This document shows positions 1-7,459 of a DNA stretch of 34,713 nt, piece after piece. The position numbers were made by a program, and so were the translations under genes. The notes under the pieces were generated by a model. The model made no database searches, was not told the DNA's origin, and saw only the letters and a list, made by a program, of their open reading frames with translations. The stretch is taken from NCBI GenBank assembly GCA_013695925.1, contig JACCZO010000180.1, positions 1 to 34,713 of the forward strand, written 5' to 3'. How positions within the stretch are numbered: position 1 is the first letter of the stretch; each line of letters starts with the position of its first letter. The DNA comes from Chthoniobacterales bacterium. Its GTDB lineage: Bacteria; Verrucomicrobiota; Verrucomicrobiia; Chthoniobacterales; UBA10450.

Positions 1-1
1 C

Positions 2-331
2 GTGCCGCGAGATACGATTGAGGAGGAGCGCCTCTTCGAACTGGCCCTGGAAGCCGGGGCGGAGGAGTTGACAACGGAGGAGTCGGAGTATGTTATCCTC
101 ACTTCCCACGATCAGCTCTACGCCGTAGCTGAGGCGCTCAAACACGCGAGCGTCACGATTGATGGGCAAAAGTTTACTTTCATTCCCGACACGACTGTTC
201 ATGTCGCCGACGAGGAGGCCGCGCTACAGGTCCTGCGCCTTTGCGAAAGCCTCGAAGACGACGACGACGTTCAAAACGTCTATTCCAATTTAGATATCCC
301 TGAAGAGCTACTGGCGAAACTGCCAGCCTGA
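2..331 (+). CDS. yebC: YebC/PmpR-family (TACO1-like) transcriptional regulator, C-terminal fragment (5' end lies left of the window)
   Basis: The ORF is open to the left edge. The C-terminal sequence (LYAVAEALKHA...FIPDTTVHV...LCESLEDDDDVQNVYSNLDIP) is typical of the YebC family. Confidence 0.8.
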   Translation: MPRDTIEEERLFELALEAGAEELTTEESEYVILTSHDQLYAVAEALKHASVTIDGQKFTFIPDTTVHVADEEAALQVLRLCESLEDDDDVQNVYSNLDIPEELLAKLPA

Positions 332-385
332 ACTGAAGCGAGACGACACCTCCGTGCCTTGCCTCCACCAAAGCCGATTTCAATT

Positions 386-1801
386 ATGAGCGAAGAATCA
401 GAAAACAAGCCTACCCAGGCTCCCGCCGCCCCGTTCCGGAGACGCCGCCCCTCGCGCCGTCGGTCCGGCCGTCGCAACGAGGCGGGACGCGGTCCCGGCA
501 ATTTCAACCAATCAGGCGAGGACAAGCCGGGACGCACCGACGGACCGGACATCCTCGAGGACGACGAGTCCCGTGAGGCCGAGCGCAGGCGTGAGGATGC
601 GGCGGAATTTGTCGATGCCACCGAGGAGACGGACGAGAACAGGTCTTCCGAGGACCGGGCGCAGGGCGGCTCGCAGAATGGCGTGGAACTGCCGCGGGAG
701 CCGGAATTCGGCGAAGGCATCATCGAGATCTCCGGCAAAGGCTTTGGTTTCCTGCGCGACGCGAAACGCAACTTCGTCCAGACCCCGCAGGACATTTTCG
801 TCACCCCGGAGCTCGTCCGGCGTTTTCAACTCCGCGACGGGATGTGGGTTTACGGCGAGACTCGCCGCGGCAATCGCGGTCCGCAGCTGACCCGCCTGCT
901 CAAGATCAATGACGAAGAGCCGACGAAGTATCAGGATTTGGCGCCTTTCGAAGAGCTGACCACGATCAACCCGAACGAACGGATCAAACTGGAAACAGTC
1001 CCCGATCGTTACACGACACGAGTGATGGATTTAATGACGCCGCTCGGCAAAGGCCAGCGCGGCCTGATTGTCGCTCCACCACGCACCGGCAAAACCACCC
1101 TCCTCCAGCACATCGCCGATGCGGTCGTTAAAAACCATCCCGAGATGAAATTGATCATCCTCCTGGTCGATGAACGGCCTGAAGAAGTGACCGACTTTCG
1201 GCGTTCCTCCCCCAACGCGGAGATCATGGCCAGCTCGAACGACAGCGACATCAAGAGTCACACCCGCATCGCACAGCTCGCGGTCGAGCGCGCCAAGCGT
1301 CTGGTCGAAGCGGGCAAGGATGTCTTCATCCTGCTCGACTCCATCACCCGGACCGCGCGCGCCTTTAACAATGCGACCGGCGGCGGCGGCCGCACCATGA
1401 GCGGCGGCATCGACGCCCGCGCGATGGAAATTCCGCGAAAACTTTTCGCGGCCGCGCGCAATACCGAAGAAGCCGGCAGCCTGACAATTGTGGCCACGGC
1501 CCTGATCGAAACCGGCAGCCGGATGGACGAGCTCATCTTTCAGGAATTCAAAGGCACCGGCAACATGGAGCTCGTCCTCGATCGCAAGATCAGCGACCAG
1601 CGCACTTATCCGGCGGTCGATATTTTCCTCTCCGGCACCCGTCGCGAGGAACTGCTCCTCCAGCCCTGGGAGCTCGATAAAATTAATCTCATTCGCCGCG
1701 GTCTCGCCGGTCACAAACCGGTCGAGGCGATCGAGCGTCTGCTCATGTTCGTGAAGAAATTTCCGACCAACGCGCAGATGCTGAAAGAGATCCCGGGTTA
1801 G
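386..1801 (+). CDS. rho: Transcription termination factor Rho, with a ~105 aa charged low-complexity N-terminal extension
   Basis: It has a cold-shock-like RNA-binding region (GFGFLRD), Walker A (PPRTGKTTLLQ), LLVDERPEEVT and EFKGTGNMELVLDR, aligning along its length with E. coli Rho. I chose the ATG at 386 (MSEESENK) over the TTG at 359 offered by the ORF track. Confidence 0.94.
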   Translation: MSEESENKPTQAPAAPFRRRRPSRRRSGRRNEAGRGPGNFNQSGEDKPGRTDGPDILEDDESREAERRREDAAEFVDATEETDENRSSEDRAQGGSQNGVELPREPEFGEGIIEISGKGFGFLRDAKRNFVQTPQDIFVTPELVRRFQLRDGMWVYGETRRGNRGPQLTRLLKINDEEPTKYQDLAPFEELTTINPNERIKLETVPDRYTTRVMDLMTPLGKGQRGLIVAPPRTGKTTLLQHIADAVVKNHPEMKLIILLVDERPEEVTDFRRSSPNAEIMASSNDSDIKSHTRIAQLAVERAKRLVEAGKDVFILLDSITRTARAFNNATGGGGRTMSGGIDARAMEIPRKLFAAARNTEEAGSLTIVATALIETGSRMDELIFQEFKGTGNMELVLDRKISDQRTYPAVDIFLSGTRREELLLQPWELDKINLIRRGLAGHKPVEAIERLLMFVKKFPTNAQMLKEIPG

Positions 1802-1817
1802 AGAACGATTAGGTAGC

Positions 1818-1866
1818 GCGAGCTTCCAGCTTGCGCTTTCCGTTAGGCTGCAAGCTGGAAGCTTGC
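1818..1866. repeat. Long inverted repeat between rho and the DUF4112 gene: 17-bp arms and a 15-nt loop, with each arm itself a small palindrome
   Basis: GCGAGCTTCCAGCTTGC (1818-1834) pairs with GCAAGCTGGAAGCTTGC (1850-1866) with one G:T pair. The loop GCTTTCCGTTAGGCT carries the CGTTAGG heptamer. The structure ends 6 nt before the ATG at 1873 and has no T-tract. Confidence 0.6.
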
Positions 1867-1872
1867 GTTACC

Positions 1873-2406
1873 ATGCCCAAGCCGACCGAAGTTCAAGACC
1901 TCGAATGGGAAGTCCTCCCGCCCGAGGAAAAGGAGAAGCGCTCCGAAGTCGAGCCGCTCTTTCGCTGGCTTGCGCTCATCATGGACAACTTCCTGCGCGT
2001 GCCGGGAACGCAGTTTCGCTTCGGTCTCGATCCTCTGATGGGCCTGCTTCCGGGTTTGGGCGACACCGGCTCGGCCATCATTTCCGCGATGGCGCTAATC
2101 GCCGCCGCGCGCCGCGGGCTTCCGAAAATCCTCCTCGCCCGGATGTCGCTTAACATCCTGATCAATGAAGCCATCGGCATCATCCCGATCGCGGGCGACG
2201 CCTTTTCTTTCTGGTTCAAATCCAACGCTCGAAACTACGAACTGCTCAAACGGCATACCGCCGGCACTCGGACCACGACCCGGGGCGATTGGATTTTTGT
2301 CGCGCTCGTGCTTGCTCTTCTGTTTGTGATCCTTCTCGTTAGTCTGGCCGTCAGCCTCTGGCTGCTCGCCCAGGTCGCGAGATTGCTGGGCGGCGCGCCC
2401 GGCTAG
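1873..2406 (+). CDS. DUF4112 domain-containing membrane protein
   Basis: The core FRFGLDPLMGLLPGLGDTGSAIIS...IPIAGDAFSFWFKSNARN plus a C-terminal TM helix matches DUF4112. I preferred the ATG at 1873 to the TTG at 1831, which lies inside the hairpin. Confidence 0.8.
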   Translation: MPKPTEVQDLEWEVLPPEEKEKRSEVEPLFRWLALIMDNFLRVPGTQFRFGLDPLMGLLPGLGDTGSAIISAMALIAAARRGLPKILLARMSLNILINEAIGIIPIAGDAFSFWFKSNARNYELLKRHTAGTRTTTRGDWIFVALVLALLFVILLVSLAVSLWLLAQVARLLGGAPG

Positions 2407-2463
2407 GGCGGGTTCAATAGAGCCGCAGCCATTGCGAAGCGCGGGAGGCGCGACAGAGAATAG

Positions 2464-2483
2464 CCCCGGGCCTGAGCCCGGGG
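2464..2483 (+). terminator. Candidate intrinsic terminator after the DUF4112 gene
   Basis: An 8-bp GC stem (CCCCGGGC / GCCCGGGG) with loop CTGA is followed by GATTAGCGTTTTC. It lies 58 nt after the stop codon. Confidence 0.35.
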
Positions 2484-2587
2484 GATTAGCGTTTTCATCC
2501 GATGAGCCCCGGCTGGGCGGCAGAGCATCCCAAAGCGCATCTACTTCCTCCGCTCGCCGCGGGGCGGAGCTTAATCAAGCTCGCAAA

Positions 2588-2606
2588 CCCCGGGCTCCGC
2601 CCGGGG
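2588..2606 (+). terminator. Second copy of the same GC hairpin, followed by a T-rich tract
   Basis: CCCCGGGC-TCC-GCCCGGGG is followed by CTATCTTCTTTTC. The flanks ATAGCCCCGGG (2461) and CCCGGGGCTAT (2600) are also mutually complementary. Confidence 0.35.
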
Positions 2607-2645
2607 CTATCTTCTTTTCACGCCTACCGGCGCTTCAAAACGGAG

Positions 2646-2664
2646 GCCGGGTTTCTAACCCGGC
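2646..2664 (-). terminator. Candidate intrinsic terminator of glnE (minus strand)
   Basis: The stem is GCCGGGTT / AACCCGGC. On the minus strand it is followed by CTCCGTTTTGAAG. It lies 45 nt downstream of the glnE stop. Confidence 0.35.
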
Positions 2665-2708
2665 AGACGGCTTTCAAAGCCGTCCTCCGCCAGCGTTTCC
2701 ATCTCCCG

Positions 2709-5441
2709 CTAGTCGACGAGGTAACGCAGCCGCAAAGAGTGGATGATTTCCCGCGACTGTCCGTACGGCTTCCGGAAATTCTCGATCGTCCCGCAATTCA
2801 TCCGGCGCGCGAAAATATCCTCTTCGGTGCGATCAGCCGGCAGGCGTGAGACACTGCGATTTGCCCAGCGCCGCAGGACCGATTCGCAGGCGCGCAAGAA
2901 ATTGTAGGCGCTCCGCAGGCTGCCGGCGTCGCCTGCCACCATGATTTTCTGGCCGCGCAAGAGGTCGAGGGCCGAAAGAAAATTCGGTTCCCAGATCCCG
3001 TGCCGCATCTGCAGACCCTGCACCAAAAACTCAGCTTCAATCATCCCGCCGATGCCGGTCTTGAAATCATAAAAATCATTCCCGCTCCCGCGCTCGTTGG
3101 CGATGCGGGCGAGCATGTTCTCGATTTGCCTAACGAGGTCGGGGCGGCGGCCTGCGGCCAGCCAGAGCTCTTTCGCGAGGGCCTCGAAATCGTATCGGTG
3201 CGGTCCGGAGATCCCCCGCGCCCGGGTGAGCGATTGCAGTTCCCAAAACTGGGCGCGCTTTTCGTAGTAACCGCGCAAAGTCTCGAGCGAACAGACCAGC
3301 GGCCCCTTTTCCCCTTCCGGCCGCAGCCGGGGGTCGAGCGTTGCGAAACTTCCTTCGGCAGTCGAGAGCGCCATCTCGCCAATCAGGTTTTGCGCCGGAC
3401 GCGGGTCGTCGCCCACGAAGAGAACATCCAAATCCGCGCCATAACTAATCTCGCGCCCGCCGAACTTCCCAAGCCCGACAATGGTCACCGTTCCCTCAGG
3501 ATTCAACAGGCAGTCGACAACAACAAGGCAGGCCTCGGCCAGGTCGTTCTGCTCGGCGAGCAGTTGCGAGAGGGGCGCGATCTCGAGGACATCACGCAAC
3601 AGGATCCGGAGCGATTCACGCTGCCGGTAGACCCGCACCGCATCCACCTTTTCGTTGGTCGCGCCTAACGACTCCAGGCGCTCGAGATGTTGCGCCAGGC
3701 TGAAGGTGCGATCGAGCATTCCGCCTCGGGTCAGCTCCTCGAGCCATTGCGGGCGACGTATCAACCAGCCGCCACCCGCCTCGCTCGCATCAAAGGTCTT
3801 CACCAGCAATTCCAGCAGCCGGGGATTCGCCCCGAGCAATTCAAAGAGCAAACTTCGGAAGCCGTAAGCTTCCACAAAACGCACGAACTGAGTGAGGGTC
3901 GCATCGGGGTCGGCCGCACGGCTCAGCCAGGTCACGACCAAGGGTCGAAGCTTGCGAAAAATCTGCCGGGTGCGCGGCGCGACATGGAATCCGGCGCCGC
4001 TCTCGCCCAGTTGGGTCAGCGCCTTTGCCGCCTGCGCGGGGTCGCGAAAATTGCGCAAGTCCGGCACACCTAATTCCTTCGCCGGCCCAGCTTCGCCAAT
4101 CACTCGCTGGAAGATGGCGCGCACCCGCCGCATCTGGGTGCGAAGTTCCGCGAGCAGCTCCGCGCTCCCGGCGAAGCCAAGGCTCTGCGCCAGCACCTGC
4201 AAAGCTTCGCCCTCTTCCGGGATGGTGTGCGTCTGCTGCTCGGCCTCGATCTGCAGGCGGTGCTCCACTCGCCGCAGAAATCGGTAGGCCATTTCGAGAT
4301 GATTCGCGTTTTCGTTAGGCAGCAACTCCAGCTCCGCCAGGCCGCGGATCGCCTTGAGCGTCCCGGCTTCCTGCAAAAACGGCTGCCGCGCCGCGTGCAG
4401 GAGTTGCAACGCCTGCACCACAAACTCGATCTCCCGGATCCCGCCCGCGCCCAGTTTCACATTCCGTTCCCGGTCCTCGAAGCCGAGGATGTCGCGCTCG
4501 ATCCGGCGCTTGATCGCGGCCACTTCGTCGAGCAGATCCGGCGTCGGACTTTTCGGAAAAACAAAGGGCTGGAGCTGACGGAGAAAATCGTAGGCCAGCT
4601 CGCGATCACCGCAGATCCAGCGCGCCTTGATCAAGGCCAGCCGCTCCCACATTTCGCCAAAACCGGCATAGTAGTTTTCCATGCTCTCGAGCGAGCGGAC
4701 GAGCGGGCCGCCGCCCCCTTCCGGCCGCAGCCGCAGATCGACCCGGAAAAGCGAGCCCGCCGGATCGGAGCCGGCGAAGGTCTCGACGATCTTGTTCCCG
4801 AGGCGGGTGAACCATTCGTGATAACTGAACCTCGCGTTCAACTGGCCCTCATCGCTGTAGAGGAAGATGAGGTCGACATCGGAGCTGTGATTCAGTTCGC
4901 GTCCGCCCAGCTTTCCCATCCCGATGATCGCAAACTGACTCTCCGGCGACCCCCAGCGCTGGCGCAGCTCGACGTCCCAGTGTTCAAAAACGGTCGTTAG
5001 GCAAATATCCGCCAGCTGCGACAGTTCGATCAGCGTTTCCTCGAGCGGCGCCACCTCGGATACTTCGCGCAATGCGATCCGCACCATCTCGCGACCTTTC
5101 CAGAAACGAAGGACGCGAAAATTATCGGCCGCAATCGAGGCGCGGCCCGCCAGGTTGTGCAGATCGGTCATCATCCGGCCAAAACCGCGCCGGTCGGCGC
5201 AGGTGTCGGGATGGGCCAGCCAAAGCAATATTTCCGGATGCTGACTGAGACGGGTGGCGCAGATCCCGGAGACGGAGAGGAGATGAAAGAGGGCCTCCGC
5301 GCCTAACGGAAAGCCGGCGATGAGTTCCGGCAGGGGCGGCGCGTCCGGCGGCCAATTCGCCTCGATTGCCTCCAGCGTCCGCGCCACCTGGGCCGGGCGG
5401 ATGCTGCGCGCGATTTCCCCTAACGAGTCCGCCACCGCCAC
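2709..5441 (-). CDS. glnE: Bifunctional glutamine synthetase adenylyltransferase / adenylyl-removing enzyme
   Basis: The 910-aa product has two nucleotidyltransferase modules (GMGKLGGRELNHSSDVDLIFLY...VDLRLRPEG and GLGKFGGREISYGADLDVLFV...LDPRLRPEG) plus GGIREIEF. It uses a GTG start, and the rhomboid stop codon (5443-5445) lies 1 nt upstream of that start. Confidence 0.93.
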   Translation of the reverse strand: MAVADSLGEIARSIRPAQVARTLEAIEANWPPDAPPLPELIAGFPLGAEALFHLLSVSGICATRLSQHPEILLWLAHPDTCADRRGFGRMMTDLHNLAGRASIAADNFRVLRFWKGREMVRIALREVSEVAPLEETLIELSQLADICLTTVFEHWDVELRQRWGSPESQFAIIGMGKLGGRELNHSSDVDLIFLYSDEGQLNARFSYHEWFTRLGNKIVETFAGSDPAGSLFRVDLRLRPEGGGGPLVRSLESMENYYAGFGEMWERLALIKARWICGDRELAYDFLRQLQPFVFPKSPTPDLLDEVAAIKRRIERDILGFEDRERNVKLGAGGIREIEFVVQALQLLHAARQPFLQEAGTLKAIRGLAELELLPNENANHLEMAYRFLRRVEHRLQIEAEQQTHTIPEEGEALQVLAQSLGFAGSAELLAELRTQMRRVRAIFQRVIGEAGPAKELGVPDLRNFRDPAQAAKALTQLGESGAGFHVAPRTRQIFRKLRPLVVTWLSRAADPDATLTQFVRFVEAYGFRSLLFELLGANPRLLELLVKTFDASEAGGGWLIRRPQWLEELTRGGMLDRTFSLAQHLERLESLGATNEKVDAVRVYRQRESLRILLRDVLEIAPLSQLLAEQNDLAEACLVVVDCLLNPEGTVTIVGLGKFGGREISYGADLDVLFVGDDPRPAQNLIGEMALSTAEGSFATLDPRLRPEGEKGPLVCSLETLRGYYEKRAQFWELQSLTRARGISGPHRYDFEALAKELWLAAGRRPDLVRQIENMLARIANERGSGNDFYDFKTGIGGMIEAEFLVQGLQMRHGIWEPNFLSALDLLRGQKIMVAGDAGSLRSAYNFLRACESVLRRWANRSVSRLPADRTEEDIFARRMNCGTIENFRKPYGQSREIIHSLRLRYLVD

Positions 5442-5442
5442 G

Positions 5443-6258
5443 CTATTGCGGTGGTTCAGTTATCTTCGCGCGCGCCTGCGCCAGGGCCCGGCGCTCTCGC
5501 CGGGTCAGGCTGCCGAGGCCGTTCCGCGAAATCTTTTCCAGGAGCGGATCGACCTCCTCGGTCATGAATTCATCGAGCGACATTTGCCGCAGCCGCTCAC
5601 CCTCCTGGCGACGTCGCCGCAAAAAGCGCTGCAGAAATGAGGGCCGCCCATACCCAAGCAGATGCGCGTAAAGCCAGCCCGCCGCACCTCCGCCGAGCAA
5701 AGCGCTATGGCCGACCACACCGTGGCGATCGAACAGCACCAGCACCGCGCCAATCGCGAAAAGAGCATTTCCCAGATACTTCGCCTTCAATTTCAGCGCC
5801 ACGATCAGCTCCAGCTCCGGCAGGATGGTGGCGAAAGCGACCGTTACCGCTGCGACTCCGCCCGAGGCCGCCAGCAAAACCGTCGTCCCTGGCATGAGGA
5901 AAAGATGCCCGAGCTCTCCGCCGATCAGGCCGCTGAGGTAGAGATAAAGGAAATGCTTTTGCCCGAAGATCGACTCCACGTCGCGCCCGAGGAAGTAGAG
6001 GAGAAAGATGTTGCCGGCGAAGGCGAAGACGCCGGCGTGCAGAAACATCGCGCTGAAAAATTGCCAGGCGTAAGCCCGATCGATCCCGCGATAGCTCAGG
6101 CCGAAATATTCGCCGAGCGCGGCCGGTTGATAAACCTGGACAAATTGCTGGGCGACGAAGACAGCAAAATTCGTCGCGACGAGCGCCAGCAGCACAACCT
6201 GTTGGCGATGCGTCCAGCGGGGCACGTGCGACGAAGCTTTTCGGCCGGACAGGCGCAT
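5443..6258 (-). CDS. Rhomboid family intramembrane serine protease
   Basis: It is multi-TM with FLHAG..H, a catalytic-type AASGGV and a later GHSALLGGGAAG helix. There is a basic C-terminal tail. Confidence 0.82.
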   Translation of the reverse strand: MRLSGRKASSHVPRWTHRQQVVLLALVATNFAVFVAQQFVQVYQPAALGEYFGLSYRGIDRAYAWQFFSAMFLHAGVFAFAGNIFLLYFLGRDVESIFGQKHFLYLYLSGLIGGELGHLFLMPGTTVLLAASGGVAAVTVAFATILPELELIVALKLKAKYLGNALFAIGAVLVLFDRHGVVGHSALLGGGAAGWLYAHLLGYGRPSFLQRFLRRRRQEGERLRQMSLDEFMTEEVDPLLEKISRNGLGSLTRRERRALAQARAKITEPPQ

Positions 6259-6534
6259 GGAGCAAAATTATCGCAAACGCTCCGGCTTGTCATTGGGAAT
6301 CCGAGGCGCGCTCTGTTGCTAGCGAGGCCCTGCCTCAGACCGGGGGTCTACCGATGGCGGAGCGAGCTCTGTCGAGATGGGGAGGGCGAACGGCTGCACA
6401 AAAGACTCTCTTCCCCTGCTCGACAGAGTCTCGCTCCACCCCCCAAGGCATACCATTCCCAACAAGGACAAAACTTGATCTCTTTACTCGGAATTTTAAG
6501 AAACAAGGATTCTAGCGCGCTACGTCGCGCCACC

Positions 6535-7398
6535 CTAACGAGGCGCGAGCACTTTTAGCCGCCGCGTTTGCATCTCAAATTCCACCGGGCAATTGCCGAC
6601 CAGTTCGCCATCCAGCTCCACCGGCACGTCGTCCGCGCTCGTCACGCGCAGGCGCGAGGTCTGAAAGTACTCCACCTCCCGCGTCGTGATCTCGGAAGTG
6701 AAGATGACGTTTTGGAGATACTTGACGATTTCGATGTAGCCGAGCTGCTTGAAGACGAGCACGTCGAGGAGACCGTCATCGAGCACGGCGTGCTTGAAAA
6801 AGGGAAATGGTCCGCCGTAAAGCCGACCGTTCCCGACCAGAACAAAGGAGCCTTCTTTCGTGACAGCATCCTTCGATTCGATCGATAAACGCGGCGGCCG
6901 CCGCCCCGCGATCTGCGCCGCGGAGATGAGATAACTGAGCGGTCCGAAATTTCGCTTCAACGTCAGGCTGGTTTCTTTCACGACCTGTGCGTCAAGCCCC
7001 ACGCCCGCCAGTTGCACGAAATGTTTCTTGTTCGCCGCCGGCAAATCGATCAGCCGGGTGCGACCGCTCCGGATGATTTCCCAGCAACGCCCGAGATCGT
7101 TAGCTGGGAGGCCGAGCTCGTTGGCGAAGACGTTCATCGTGCCCATCGGCATCAAGCCCAGGGCGGCATCCGAGCCGGCGATGCCGTTCACGACCTCATT
7201 GATCGTGCCGTCGCCGCCCGCCGCCACGATCCGGTCGAAACCGTCCGCGACCGCCGCCCGCGCCCGTTGCTCCGCATCCCCCGCCCCGACCGTCGCGCAA
7301 AAGAAGGCTTCGCCACACATCGAGCGCAGTTGTTTTTCCCAGCGGCGTGCGCGCTCGCTCCGCGCGGCTGGGTTTAGAATGACGCAGGTTTTGCTCAA
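6535..7398 (-). CDS. YegS/BmrU/DAGK-family lipid kinase
   Basis: Motifs present are VILNPAA, RIVAAGGDGTINEVVNG and PMGTMNVFANELGLP. The start is a TTG, and the TAG stop lies inside a CCTAACG heptamer. Confidence 0.85.
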   Translation of the reverse strand: MSKTCVILNPAARSERARRWEKQLRSMCGEAFFCATVGAGDAEQRARAAVADGFDRIVAAGGDGTINEVVNGIAGSDAALGLMPMGTMNVFANELGLPANDLGRCWEIIRSGRTRLIDLPAANKKHFVQLAGVGLDAQVVKETSLTLKRNFGPLSYLISAAQIAGRRPPRLSIESKDAVTKEGSFVLVGNGRLYGGPFPFFKHAVLDDGLLDVLVFKQLGYIEIVKYLQNVIFTSEITTREVEYFQTSRLRVTSADDVPVELDGELVGNCPVEFEMQTRRLKVLAPR

Positions 7399-7459
7399 GG
7401 GTTTACTTGTTAGGCCGGTTTCATCTTTTCTTCAATCACGCCTTGCGTAGTTTCACCCG

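Noticed and set aside
280-1714. Several long ORFs antisense to or out of frame with rho (280..804 -, 512..829 -, 573..890 +, 1031..1714 -, 1258..1536 -)
   Set aside because: These are typical high-GC shadow ORFs: Arg/Ala/Gly/Pro/Ser-rich, with no recognisable motifs, and fully nested in a gene that has unambiguous Rho homology.
2432-2849. ORFs 2432..2746 and 2502..2849 in the DUF4112-glnE spacer
   Set aside because: They are encoded by stacked GC hairpins, are low complexity (P/G/A/R/S) and overlap the glnE 3' end. An intergenic structured region is more plausible.
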